A stretch of 64,000 nucleotides of DNA, from NCBI GenBank assembly GCA_903913885.1, contig CAIWMX010000061.1, positions 11,891-75,890 on the forward strand, given 5' to 3'. The translations under genes and the position numbers were made by a program. The notes beneath the pieces were generated by a model that saw nothing but the letters and a program-made list of their open reading frames with translations, searched no databases and was not told where the DNA came from. Shown here in pieces: positions 29,501 through 36,104 of this stretch (its first letter is position 1; each line of letters begins with the position of its first letter). This stretch comes from an uncultured Bacteroidales bacterium. Its GTDB lineage: Bacteria; Bacteroidota; Bacteroidia; Bacteroidales; FEN-979.

Positions 29501-31017
29501 CGGTGAGTGTGAGCTATGTCAACTCCTTTGGATGCGCTGCAGCTATGCCTACATCGCTGGCCGTATCCGTGACTACTGCGTCCAATCCCGTTATCAGCGG
29601 CTATTCATCCGTTTACGCGGGAACAGCAGGTGCGGTTTATTCTACCATTCCCGGCATGACAAGCTATTCCTGGGATGTTACAGGCGGGTCCATCACGGGC
29701 GGACAAAGCACCAACGCCATCACGGTGACCTGGGCAGCAACCCCGGGAAGCGGATCGGTAACCCTTACGGCCACAAACAATAGCTGTTCCGGCACCACCG
29801 TTTACCCGGTTACGATTCTGGCCACCACCAACGTAAAGATTTTTGGTTTTGTATCCTACAACAACAGCGCGGCAACCAGGATGAACGGGGTCGGGGTGAA
29901 GTTATACAATTCATCGAGCGTGATCGTGGGCGACACCGTCACGGCCAACAATCCCGACAATGGGCAGTCAGGCTACTACGCATTCAAAGATATCCCAAAT
30001 GACACCTATACCCTGCGCGGGAGTTACAACGGCACCTGGGGCGGCAACAACGCCACCGATGCCCTGATCGTGCAGTTGAACATTGTCGGATCGTACCCGC
30101 TGGCGGGCTTACGGGCCCTTGCGGCCGATGTGAACGGCAGCACCACCACTACTGCCCTGGATGCACTTTACATCAAATTGCGCACAGTGGGGTCCGTCAG
30201 TTCTTACCCGGCAGGCGATTGGAAGTTTACAGACACCACGGTGACCCTGACAGGTCCACCCCTGTCGGTCAACCTGCAGGCGCTGTGCACCGGCGATGTC
30301 AATAGTTCTTTTGTCCCAGTCGGGTTCAAAGAAACTACATTCCTGTCGGTTATTGAGGATGGCGCAATGACAGTCCCGGTTGGCGAACCCTTTATTTACA
30401 ATATCCACAGCAGCAGGGATGCCGATCTTGGAGCTATGACCCTCTTCCTGGGTTACGACAAAGACCGGTTTGAAGTGAGCGACGTAGCAGGAACCCTGGA
30501 TGGCATGAAGTATGTGATCGGCGATGGCCTGGTTGCCATTGCCTGGGCCGATACCAAACCCCTGAAGATGACCAGCGGCGACCTGGTATTGAGTCTCAAC
30601 ATGAAGCTGAAGGATAAGATCACTTTTCCCTCACGCGCGTTCGATATCCGGGCCGGGAGCGAATTTGCCGATATCCTGGCACGGCCGTATGAAAACTTCA
30701 ACCTGAAGATGGCGAACGTGGTAACGCCCGATGGCGCAAAGGATATCACACTTACGAATTACCCCAACCCGTTCAACAAAACCACCACCATCGTTTATGT
30801 GCTGCCTGAGGCAGGACACGCCGTGATTGAGTTGACCGATATCTATGGAAACGCCATCCGCACCCTGGCCGACTGCCAGGACAAGGCAGGATCTCATAGT
30901 ATAACGGTTGATCCGGCTGCGATGGGTTTGGCTTCGGGGGTGTACCTGTACAAGCTGGTATTTGAGAGTGCGGCGGATACCTATGTGAAGGTAAATAAGA
31001 TGGTGTTTACGAAATAA
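17548..31017 (+). CDS. Giant (4489 aa) modular T9SS-secreted cell-surface/adhesin protein
   Basis: A single uninterrupted ORF. The likely true start is M12 at 17581 (MKSIHWRNFILTTLILLLF..LAQ signal).
Modules in order:
- six 78-aa repeats;
- Fn3-like plus FISUMP-type (Fibrobacter succinogenes major paralogous, TIGR02145-like) units (DSRDGQ.YNTV.IG.QCWM.QNLNV..CP.GWH.PSD.EW);
- Cys-containing Ig-like repeats (YQW.VNG);
- DADGDGYG..DCNDND metal-binding-type motifs;
- CARDB-like modules;
- ten ~90-aa repeats;
- a dockerin-like then a cohesin-like segment;
- a T9SS CTD (NYPNPFNKTTTIVYVL..GVYLYKLVF..KVNKMVFTK). Confidence 0.93.
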   Translation: MLHTIKYCLTRMKSIHWRNFILTTLILLLFNRPTLAQNVTQVEYFTDTDPGYGLGINVPITPEPNFSDLVFPIDLTAISPGFHNLYVRSKDEYLKWSLTAVRPFYKESPNNLALPNIIQVEYFIDNDPGNGLATNAPIVPGTNLSNLVFPIDIGAIAPGFHNLYVRSKDAYLKWSLTAVRPFYKETAGMLSLPNISQVEYFIDNDPGNGLAKNVPIVPGTNLSNLIFPIDVGAVSPGFHNLYVRSKDAYQKWSLTAVKPFYTESPNNFVLPNITQVEYFIDNDPGNGLATNVSIVPGTNLSNLIFPIDVGAISPGFHNLFVRSKDAYQKWSLTAVRPLYKEIANITLPNVTKVEYFIDADPGHGLGTNVPVIPGYNLANVTFLADLTCVSHGKHHLYVRARDNNGKWSLTNDDTITSTGPFINASGSTNICPGQSVQLKAPTGPGRTYQWHKDNSPISNGTDSIFLATEIGSYYVQIVDAGVCTDTSNVLTVTLKSGSLTPTITGASPVCVGTQGIIYTTESGMTGYSWSVSSGGSIMSGSNTNNVTVNWNVAGAQTINVTYANSVGCTASPTIMNVTVNPLLPVSVTIAASINPSCSGTSVIFTATQTNGGNSPSYQWINGGINIPGATNSTYTYTPVIGDTISCQLTSSIQCPIGNPVVSTPIVMTVNASPNTPLSGANISSPIQIVWAWSSVVAATGYKWNTINNYATATDIGTATTKTETGLTCSTSYTRYVWAYNGCGNSIALILTQSTSPCFTTCGQTLTDSRDGQNYNTVQIGNQCWMAQNLNVGQQINSSGYQSNNGIIEKTCINNLESNCTIYGGMYQWDELMNYTSSSSTIPSGRQGICPIGWHLPSDAEWCQVTTYLDPTMNCSATGWLGSDAGAKMKETGILHWANPNIASNISGFTALPGGAYSRFGSTFYLFLNASYFWSATENGGNGWNYEMGNNISQIHRQGDATSMYLFSARCIMDCDMPVAPMFGIINTSPSQIIWNWNPVSGASGYKWNTTNDYASAQDLGTATTKTQTGLTCNTPYTCYVWAYNTCGHSTSLALNQSTSPCFTTCGQPLTDSRDGQSYNTVLIGSQCWMAQNLNVGAKINVPARQINNGLIEKFCFNNDEANCSIYGGLYQWDELLNYSSSGNSNPGNLRGICPFGWHVPTDFEWCQMEMFLDPTVNCSISGWSGTDIAGKLKETGTVHWQSPNTGATNSSGFTALPAGYGFGGYGFSFYDLNYTAYFWTSTVSPPVMDWSRILDYNNSQIQRHDPDWDNGFSARCIYDTCSSILYAPALGVNIPTNNQIIWNWSTVTGANGYKWNSTNDYTTAQDLGTNTSKTETGLLCNTTYNRYVWAYNLCGNSISTQLTQATSDCGIPCPGIPTLTYEGKTYHTVQIGEQCWMKENLNVGTKINGSQDQTNNNIIEKYCYNDIDSNCSIYGGLYQWDEMMNYTTSSSANPSDRQGICPTGWHIPSDVEWCQMETYLDLTVNCTYIGWNGTDIGGKLKETGTVHWLSPNIGASNSSGFTALPGGYRHYFGEFWSFAGAYLWSSTEISSTVSLNYHLSSPSTQILRDNNPKSDGFSIRCIKGCDNPETPNGGTNVPAPMQIIWNWLPVSGATGYRWSTTNDYSSSIDVGTATTKTQPGLSCNTAYTCYVWAYNGCGYSMALQMNQTTSMNPAVNVSISASGNPVCNGTTVTFTATSVSPGTSPVYQWQVNGSNEGINSSVYSYSPMNGDIVKCILTSNDPCVLVHSDTSNNITMTVNQVFPVSVSITSSANPVCSGSSATFTATPSNGGSNPAYQWKVNGSNAGSNNPSYSYIPVAGDQVSCVMTSNASCPSGNPATSNSITMALTSTTPVSVSITRSADNVCQGTAVSFTAAAVNPGTSPVYQWKVNGSGTGTNSPSFTYTPANNDVVTCSLYGDVTCPSPNPAISNSLTMSVVSAPAAPASGGNQASCSNALPGTLTAAAPSGSVVDWYTAPGGGTLLQSASNTFVTSTAGIYYAESRNTTTGCTSLARTAITLTINSAIQYFADADGDGYGNPLVSLMACSQPAGYVTNSTDCNDNDATVHALHLYYVDADGDGYGSTTTAMLCSNTAPPGYSSNNLDCNDNDPSINPGAQYFTPTGNPGFTGTIVSPLEGSSYTTFHFEADYHDLTNFLPPAGYPRLILDYEGDGNFAGPNDRTIVMTQSDPSDTTTNNGKRYFANVDGLLYGSSWQSRIIVSDGGNCTTTFGPFNAPDVLQAPNLVIFANDISFSNAHPDPSTAVMVYAAVHNESDFTAQNFVVHLVNQYDPTLVYPDVTVVSIAPHATTTVQWTITTPSIPAWCPMQVTVDYTNVIAEANELDNTAVRPFVCGNYQMPGGISCSGAVTPAVSYSSVNNTLQLSGNASYYGLAIPLPNPGVAGATVEFQITETTAIYSGYTDLNGNYTIYFPGPLPTGSYHIAGTITDYTFTGTFTAQFSIIPHTTLPNLVLQYCHSMSVQPQDPQYPGTGTLVAHVLNNGGTPAAGPIQVEFTYGTGAFFIGQSDATLGAGQSVDISVTKQLPPPATTTLTAYADPFDLVTESDESDNSATDNMCWDFQPVGFGYCGWNFWNTSYQVNQSATLSVGLNSYYLYDASQVKVKFEVSGPGITGTMNLGNGTVNNVTKNCYCPYAVVLPTQFTFSHTGTYTFTITADPDNEYVECNEANNVLVVTVYVYEPVVPNPQPNLTFYSCHPVEVQPVNPQYPGTASLVSHIINNGDAIAIGPIQVEFSYSTVGTFTGQYTGNLAPGQTVDITAIATLPPPATSLLTATIDPQHLVTESNESDNTTSDDMCWDFQPAPLCGPYGTNFWEHTYNINQSTYLSVGLSAYHLYKATPVKVRFEVSGPGITGTLYLGTALVNDVTKTCSCPYGASIPLPFTFFDPGTYTFTMTADPDHEYTECNESNNILVEQVAVVNPLPDMRILSQYLNPSLLNPSPNQAISFVVTYDNVGVTNVNDVMKMKVLIDTTLFATVYPLPGLASGDHNSVAIPGTWVSSLPGVHVIRGIIDADHVITELDETNNDATRSFIVGEAANLYFQAFAPSDSMPQLGDNILIHARIGNGGAQNCNSTLQVLYINDNADTVMIGQTPFSIQGRDSVSMILPWTVADNSTTLVGKIVNTIVMEFNYNDNLTTANLGGYQVTLTATPGCEGVTAGSLTAYASGGVTPYLYSWNNGYLGQTYSGAPGTYVVTVSDGNGQVRTATGTISVYPLPVPAISGPTSICGIPSSGNVYSTEAGMTNYSWTISPGGAITSGVGTNAITVTWSTTGARFVKVSYTDTHGCAAAASTVKNVTVYPLPIPALTGPVSACKGSTGHVYTTDSGMTGYTWYVSAGGTITAGGTSTDNTVTETWNTSGAQSVSVNYTNANGCTAASPANLPVSVKPLPIPTITGTTSVCTGSPGITYSTESSMTGYTWSVSPGGSVTAGGTSSSHTVTVIWNVPGPQTVGVNYTNGNGCTASSPTSYPVTVNSPPVPSITGPTTVCVNSTGNVYTTQTGMSSYTWTISTGGTITAGGTTSSNSVTVTWTSSGSKTVSVSCTNTNGCAAITPTTLGVTVNPAPLPTLSGPSSPMVNSTGNVYTTQGGMSAYTWTVSGGGSITSGGTSGSNSVTVTWITPGANTVSVNYSNSNGCSGATATSYPVTVIPLSAPVITGPSAACAGSTGNVYVTQTGMTAYTWSISSGGTITSGGSGTDHTVTVTWNNPGTQTVSVNYTDNYGYTPASPTSYPVTVNAMPSPTLAGPAVVCASSTGNVYTTQSGMSGYSWTVSAGGSITTGGTSASNNVTISWITAGLNSVSVNYTNGNGCTAVSAGSYAVTVNPQPIPVISGNSSVCINSTGNVYTTQPGMSAYTWTISSGGSITGGGSSSSSSATVTWNNAGQQTIGVNYTNGYGCSATSPGTRAVQVQAAPIPVITGPTSVCVGATGVVYTTEAGMIAYTWIVSSGGTITSGGSASSHSVTITWNTTGSQTVSVSYVNSFGCAAAMPTSLAVSVTTASNPVISGYSSVYAGTAGAVYSTIPGMTSYSWDVTGGSITGGQSTNAITVTWAATPGSGSVTLTATNNSCSGTTVYPVTILATTNVKIFGFVSYNNSAATRMNGVGVKLYNSSSVIVGDTVTANNPDNGQSGYYAFKDIPNDTYTLRGSYNGTWGGNNATDALIVQLNIVGSYPLAGLRALAADVNGSTTTTALDALYIKLRTVGSVSSYPAGDWKFTDTTVTLTGPPLSVNLQALCTGDVNSSFVPVGFKETTFLSVIEDGAMTVPVGEPFIYNIHSSRDADLGAMTLFLGYDKDRFEVSDVAGTLDGMKYVIGDGLVAIAWADTKPLKMTSGDLVLSLNMKLKDKITFPSRAFDIRAGSEFADILARPYENFNLKMANVVTPDGAKDITLTNYPNPFNKTTTIVYVLPEAGHAVIELTDIYGNAIRTLADCQDKAGSHSITVDPAAMGLASGVYLYKLVFESAADTYVKVNKMVFTK
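17662..18783 (+). repeat. Six tandem 78-aa (234-nt) intragenic repeats
   Basis: QVEYF(I/T)D.DPG.GL..N.PI.PG.NLSNL.FPID..A..PGFHNLYVRSKDAY.KWSLTAVRPFYKE recurs at residues 41, 119, 197, 275 and 353. Copies 2-5 are also near-identical at the DNA level. Confidence 0.9.
19555..22560 (+). repeat. Intragenic array of four Fn3-like modules, the first three each followed by a FISUMP-type domain
   Basis: The Fn3-like blocks (I.WNW..V.GA.GYKWN.TNDY..A.DLGT.T.KT.TGL.CNT.Y..YVWAYN.CG.S) are about 300 aa apart. The FISUMP blocks start near 19820, 20730 and 21660. Confidence 0.85.
27220..29820 (+). repeat. Ten tandem ~90-aa (~270-nt) intragenic repeats
   Basis: The unit is P.I(S/T)GP.SVC..STGNVYTT..GMS.YTWT(V/I)S.GG.IT.GGTS.SN.VTVTW...G..TVSVNYTN.NGC.A.SPTSYPVTVNP. 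One further isolated copy lies at about 19050-19290. Confidence 0.9.
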
Positions 31018-31085
31018 TATGTGGTGATTTCGGGAGCCTAAGTCACCGCGTGGGAGAATTGGCCTAAAATGACCACTACGAATCT

Positions 31086-31129
31086 ACTACCAGACTACTA
31101 CGAAACCACTACCAGACCACTACGAAACC
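31086..31129. repeat. Two tandem 22-bp units in the adhesin-hsdM intergenic region
   Basis: actaccagacYactacgaaacc occurs twice (31086-31107 and 31108-31129), preceded by a partial copy gaccactacgaatct (31071-31085). Confidence 0.8.
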
Positions 31130-31496
31130 ACGTAAAAGTGGATAGAATCTTCATATTTTTACATGTTTTCAGCAAGAAACCACATAATTCTGCATGAAAA
31201 CGTTGAAAATCCGTTTATACTCACCCCCGCAGCAGATTTCAGGCACGTCGAAACCTCCGGATGATCATCGAAAAAAGGACGAAATTGATGCTGCCCCGCT
31301 CAGAACCGATGGTGTTCTACCATGGATGAAAGCCAAGATGTAAAAGGGCTATCTCCTGCCAGGTAGTCTGGTTCTGTTTTAACCTCATATTGGAAGAATT
31401 GTCAGAAAAAATTTCCTTGTCTCATCACGCTTACCTAAATTTGACCTTATTTTAAAATAACATTGACCAACTGCCTCCCCAATCAATCCTCAACGA

Positions 31497-33077
31497 ATGG
31501 CCAAAGAACAAAAACCTGAAGCTGAAGAGCCCCTCGAAAAAAAACTATGGAAAACCGCTGACAAACTCCGTAAAAATATGGATGCGGCCGAATACAAGCA
31601 TGTGGTGATGGGCCTTATCTTCCTGAAATACATTTCCGATGCCTTTGAAGAGATGTTTCTGAAGCTAGTAGCTCAGAAAAGTGAAGGCGCCGACCCGGAA
31701 GATAAAAACGAATACACCGCTGAGAAGATATTTTATGTACCTCCCTCATCCCGGTGGAATTGGATCCAGGGCCGGGCGACCCTGCCTACCATCGGCAAGG
31801 ATGTGGACGATGCCATGGATGCCATTGAAAAAGACAATCCCTCCCTGCGCGGGGTGCTGCCGAAGGTCTTTGCCCAGGAAAAACTCGACAAGGCCAGCCT
31901 GGGTGGGCTCATCAACCTGGTAAGTTCAGCCGCCCTGGGCACAAAGGAGGCTCAAAGCAAGGATGTGCTGGGCCGGGTGTATGAATATTTCCTGGGCGAA
32001 TTCGCCATGGCCGAAGGGAAAAAGGGCGGGCAATTCTACACCCCCTCCTGCGTGGTAAAACTCCTTGTCGAAATGCTCGAACCCTACGAAGGCCGGGTAT
32101 TCGACCCCTGCTGCGGCAGCGGCGGCATGTTCGTGCAAAGCGAAAAATTCATCCTTCACCACCAGGACCATTACCGCGCCCGGGGTGGATCCCGGTCTGC
32201 AAATACCATGAACCCTACTGACTTCATCTCCATCTACGGCCAGGAGAGCAACCAGACCACCTGGCGGCTCGCCAAGATGAACCTCGCTATCCGCGGCATC
32301 GACAGCAGCAACGTGAAGTGGAACAACGAAGGCAGTTTTCTCAACGATGCCCACAAGGACCTGAAGGCCGACTATGTGATTGCCAATCCCCCGTTCAACG
32401 ACAGCGACTGGAGCGGCGACCTGCTCCGCGACGATGCCCGGTGGAGCATCCTGGGGAAAAAGTTGCCCCCTCCCCCCGGCAATGCAAATTATGCCTGGAT
32501 CCAGCACTTCCTATACCACCTGGCTCCCACCGGGATGGCTGGGTTCGTATTAAGTAAAGGTTCGCTCACCACCAACACCACCGGCGAAGGCGATATCCGC
32601 AGGGCCCTGGTCGAAAACGACCTGGTCGACTGCATCGTGAACCTCCCCACCAAGCTTTTTCTCAATACCCAGATCCCGGCCTGCCTCTGGTTCCTGCGCC
32701 GGAACAAAACCCTGCGCAAAGGAGAAATCCTCTTTATCGACGCCCGGAACCACGGTTACCTGATCAACCGCAAGAACCGAAGCCTTTCTGATGATGACAT
32801 TTCCATGATCGCAGGCGTTTATCATGCGTGGCGCACTGGTGAGGCTGAATACAACGATGTGGCCGGGTTCAGCAAGAGTGCTTCTCTTGACGAGGTAACT
32901 GCCTTGAATTTTGCATTGACCCCGGGCAGGTATATCGGGTTGGCTGATGATGAGGATGATTTTAATTTCCCGGAACGGTTTGCGGCATTGAAGGCTGAAC
33001 TGGAGAAACAGATAGCCGAAGAAGATGCATTGAACCGGCGCATTGCGGAAAACCTGTCAAAAATAAACCTCAGTTGA
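31497..33077 (+). CDS. hsdM: Type I restriction-modification system, N6-adenine DNA methyltransferase subunit M
   Basis: 526 aa with an HsdM_N-type N-terminus ([32 protein letters not shown]), SAM motif [11 protein letters not shown] and catalytic motif IANPPFN. Confidence 0.95.
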   Translation: MAKEQKPEAEEPLEKKLWKTADKLRKNMDAAEYKHVVMGLIFLKYISDAFEEMFLKLVAQKSEGADPEDKNEYTAEKIFYVPPSSRWNWIQGRATLPTIGKDVDDAMDAIEKDNPSLRGVLPKVFAQEKLDKASLGGLINLVSSAALGTKEAQSKDVLGRVYEYFLGEFAMAEGKKGGQFYTPSCVVKLLVEMLEPYEGRVFDPCCGSGGMFVQSEKFILHHQDHYRARGGSRSANTMNPTDFISIYGQESNQTTWRLAKMNLAIRGIDSSNVKWNNEGSFLNDAHKDLKADYVIANPPFNDSDWSGDLLRDDARWSILGKKLPPPPGNANYAWIQHFLYHLAPTGMAGFVLSKGSLTTNTTGEGDIRRALVENDLVDCIVNLPTKLFLNTQIPACLWFLRRNKTLRKGEILFIDARNHGYLINRKNRSLSDDDISMIAGVYHAWRTGEAEYNDVAGFSKSASLDEVTALNFALTPGRYIGLADDEDDFNFPERFAALKAELEKQIAEEDALNRRIAENLSKINLS

Positions 33078-33198
33078 CATGTTCCAATTCTGCACCGAAG
33101 AAAGGATTTTTAAGATCACAGATTGTGACCATAAACCAGGACCAAAACAGAATGGACTCGGAAACAGTTAAATTATTGAATCAAATAAAGGTGAAAGA

Positions 33199-34335
33199 AT
33201 GAGGGAGTGGAAAGAAGTTAAGTGGGGTGAAATTGCTGTCCTTGAATACGGCAAAGCCTTAAAAGACTATCAGAATAAAAATGGGAAGTACCCTGTTTTC
33301 GGGACAAACGGACAAATTGGGACAACAGATTCTTTTTTATGTTCTTCTTCTGGAATAATTATTGGAAGAAAAGGAGCGTACAGGGGCGTACATTATTCTG
33401 ATATGCCTTTTTTTGTGATTGATACAGCATTTTATTTAAACCCTGCAATTAATGAGTTAAACATCAAGTTTGCATACTATCACCTGCTAAATGTCGATAT
33501 TAATGCGATGGATAGTGGCTCTGCAATACCTTCGACAAGCCGGGAAGAGTTTTATGACTTAAATATTTTGCTTCCGGAACTTGACGAACAAATTGCCATA
33601 TCTGAAGTTCTAAGCAGTTTAGATGACAAAATCGACCTCCTCCACCGCCAAAATAAAACTTTAGAGCAATTGGCCGGAACGCTTTTCAGGCAGTGGTTTG
33701 AGGATGAGGCACAAATAGATTGGAAAGAAATGAAGTTAAGTGATTTCATTTCCGTGAAACATGGCTATGCATTTAAAGGTGCTCACATCTCAAATGAGCC
33801 TACCAATCTTATCTTAGTAACCCCAGGGAATTTTAAAATTGGTGGTGGATTCAAGTTTGAGAAATTCAAATATTATACGGATAATAAATTTCCACAAGAT
33901 TATATCTTTAGAACTGGCGATTTAATCGTAACAATGACGGATTTAAGCGGGGATGGAGACACCCTTGGTTATCCAGCATTAATTCCTGAAAATTGTTTGA
34001 ATGAAAACTATTTACATAATCAACGTGTTGGAAAAGTTGAGTTTAACAAAGATCTTGGAAAGTTTTTTATTTATTATTTAATGAAAACAAAGAATTATCA
34101 ATGGTTTATCCTTGGAGGTGCATCGGGTACTTCAATAAGACATACTTCACCAACAACAATCTGCTCATACTCTTTTTTTATGCCACCTAAGCAAAAACTA
34201 ATTGAGTTTGAATTTTTTGCTACAGAATTAGAGAAAAAAAGGACAAAGAACCATACTCAAATTCGCACCCTAACCAAACTCCGGGATACCTTATTGCCAA
34301 AATTGATGAGTGGAGAGGTTAGAATTCAATGTTAA
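33199..34335 (+). CDS. hsdS: Type I restriction-modification system, specificity subunit S
   Basis: 378 aa with two variable target-recognition halves. They are separated by the conserved helix LPELDEQIAISEVLSSLDDKIDLLHRQNKTLEQLAGTLFRQWF and closed by a second one, IRTLTKLRDTLLPKLMSGEVRI. Confidence 0.92.
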   Translation: MREWKEVKWGEIAVLEYGKALKDYQNKNGKYPVFGTNGQIGTTDSFLCSSSGIIIGRKGAYRGVHYSDMPFFVIDTAFYLNPAINELNIKFAYYHLLNVDINAMDSGSAIPSTSREEFYDLNILLPELDEQIAISEVLSSLDDKIDLLHRQNKTLEQLAGTLFRQWFEDEAQIDWKEMKLSDFISVKHGYAFKGAHISNEPTNLILVTPGNFKIGGGFKFEKFKYYTDNKFPQDYIFRTGDLIVTMTDLSGDGDTLGYPALIPENCLNENYLHNQRVGKVEFNKDLGKFFIYYLMKTKNYQWFILGGASGTSIRHTSPTTICSYSFFMPPKQKLIEFEFFATELEKKRTKNHTQIRTLTKLRDTLLPKLMSGEVRIQC

Positions 34336-34339
34336 TAAA

Positions 34340-35944
34340 ATGGAAGAGACTGATTCATTAATGCTCGATACCTGGATCATCCGGGAATACAAATCAAAGC
34401 AAAGAAGTTGGTATCCAGTTGTTACTGATTCCGAACTTATTTTTAACTGGGAGGAGTTTCCGGCATTTAACAACTCAACCTTTGAAGAAATCTATTTTAT
34501 TACCAAAAAAAACAATTCTTATAGAAGATCTGATTGGATACATTATATTTCAAGTGCAATCTATAACAGTTATAAAATTAGGAAGAACCATATTGTTATT
34601 ATAGCCAACTTCAGCAATCGAATAACAAAAATAGGCGTAGTCGTTGCTAAGACTATAACGAATGACCATGATCGTTGCATCCGGTTTTCAGTCGAATGGA
34701 AAAAATTTCAACATGAAATGATTGTTGAAAACCGCGAGTTCCCAAAATGGCACCTGGTAAAATCCCTTGAACAGAATCGATCATATTCTTTATTATCCGG
34801 CGCTGAATTTGTTAAAAGCCCAGGGGATTCGAGGACACCCTGGTTTGATCTTATGTTTTTTCCGGAAGATCAAAAAGTTATTGTTTCGCGTAAAGCGATT
34901 AAACATAAGTTCCTTGAAGATCCTCTCTTTTTTCATACAATAAAAGATGATACCGGTGGCACTGTAAAGTTGTTTTTCGGCACAAACAGGAATAGAACGG
35001 GTTCGGAGAATCCAAATGATTATTTTGGAAATAAACCTGATGGATTGTCATTTGGGACTTGTATGGTAAACATTCCAAAAGGTCATATGCAAGGAGAGGT
35101 AGAACGTCCCTTCAGTTTCTGGGTTTTTAAATTGCATGAAAATGAAGAAGACCACGTTGTTCTAAAAAGTATCACCGAGGTTGAATCAAAGTCCTTTTTT
35201 GATGAACTGAACGAAGAGATTGCTTTGAAGTCTGAAAAAGCAGCCTTAATATTTCTTCATGGATACAACACGAGCTTTGCTGAAGCATCACGAAGGGCTG
35301 CACAAATAACATGGGATGTTCCATTTAATGGAATATCAGGATTTTATAGCTGGCCATCCCAGGGAAACCCACTGTTATACCGAAAAGATATAAAGCTTGC
35401 CAATGCCTCAGTGCCATGTTTTGAAGAATTTATTACGAGGATGATGGATAAATCAAATGTTGAGAAACTGCATATAATTGCTCATAGTATGGGCAGCCGT
35501 TTGCTTTTGTTTACAATAAAAAATATATTCCGGAAAACGCCGATCTTCAGCAAACTTTCAACTATTAATCAACTTGTTTTAGCCGCACCGGATTTTGATC
35601 AGATTGATTTTCAAAACAATATCCTGCCCTATTTTAGCAGGCTAGGGTCTCGAAGAACTTTATATGCATCAGACAAAGATTTAGCACTAAAGGTATCCGA
35701 ATATCTAAGAGGTGGACTTCCACGACTTGGAGAGGCCGGAGATTCGATATTTGTGGCTGAAGGCCTCGATACCATTGATGCATCTAATGTAGAATCAAAC
35801 TGGAAAAATCACAGCTATATTTTTGATGAGAAAGAGTTGCTTACCGACCTTTTTCTTCTTTTGAAAAACGGGGATGGGCCTTTGGATCGAAGATTAAGGC
35901 CTCGAAAAAAATTTGATTTACCGTACTGGTTATTTCCAGCATGA
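34340..35944 (+). CDS. DUF900-like alpha/beta-hydrolase with an unassigned ~210-aa N-terminal domain, embedded in the type I R-M operon
   Basis: The ORF is open from 34310, but the ATG at 34340 lies 4 nt after the hsdS stop, so it is the likely start. The C-terminal half has the DUF900-type entry motif KLFFGTNRNR..FGTCMVNIPKGH. It also has the nucleophile elbow IIAHSMGS (Ser codon 35486-35488), acid motif LAAPDFD and a late His (KNHSYIF). Confidence 0.85.
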   Translation: MEETDSLMLDTWIIREYKSKQRSWYPVVTDSELIFNWEEFPAFNNSTFEEIYFITKKNNSYRRSDWIHYISSAIYNSYKIRKNHIVIIANFSNRITKIGVVVAKTITNDHDRCIRFSVEWKKFQHEMIVENREFPKWHLVKSLEQNRSYSLLSGAEFVKSPGDSRTPWFDLMFFPEDQKVIVSRKAIKHKFLEDPLFFHTIKDDTGGTVKLFFGTNRNRTGSENPNDYFGNKPDGLSFGTCMVNIPKGHMQGEVERPFSFWVFKLHENEEDHVVLKSITEVESKSFFDELNEEIALKSEKAALIFLHGYNTSFAEASRRAAQITWDVPFNGISGFYSWPSQGNPLLYRKDIKLANASVPCFEEFITRMMDKSNVEKLHIIAHSMGSRLLLFTIKNIFRKTPIFSKLSTINQLVLAAPDFDQIDFQNNILPYFSRLGSRRTLYASDKDLALKVSEYLRGGLPRLGEAGDSIFVAEGLDTIDASNVESNWKNHSYIFDEKELLTDLFLLLKNGDGPLDRRLRPRKKFDLPYWLFPA

Positions 35945-36104
35945 AACTCGTCATTTTTGATAAAATGGAATCCTTCGCCGATGAGCAACCTAAATATTTA
36001 TGTATGGTTTTGTTCATCCTCGCAAATTTTTACTTAATCCGGAAAAGGAAAGTCAATACATGTTATTAATAATCTGTAACTTGCTGCTTAATTAACAAAG
36101 GAAC

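Noticed and set aside
18514-30897. Dozens of 60-196-aa ORFs on both strands inside the 4489-aa gene (for example 25504-26037, 26218-26769 and 27045-27635)
   Set aside because: They are alternative-frame or antisense readings of a GC-rich repetitive coding region. Their sequences are Arg/Gly/Pro-rich junk, while the sense frame is uninterrupted for 13.5 kb with clear domain signatures.
33199-34335. Phase-variable hsdS shufflon (inverting half-genes)
   Set aside because: There is only one full hsdS. I found no inverted hsdS half-copies or flanking inverted repeats, and the only recombinase is 18 kb away at the island end.
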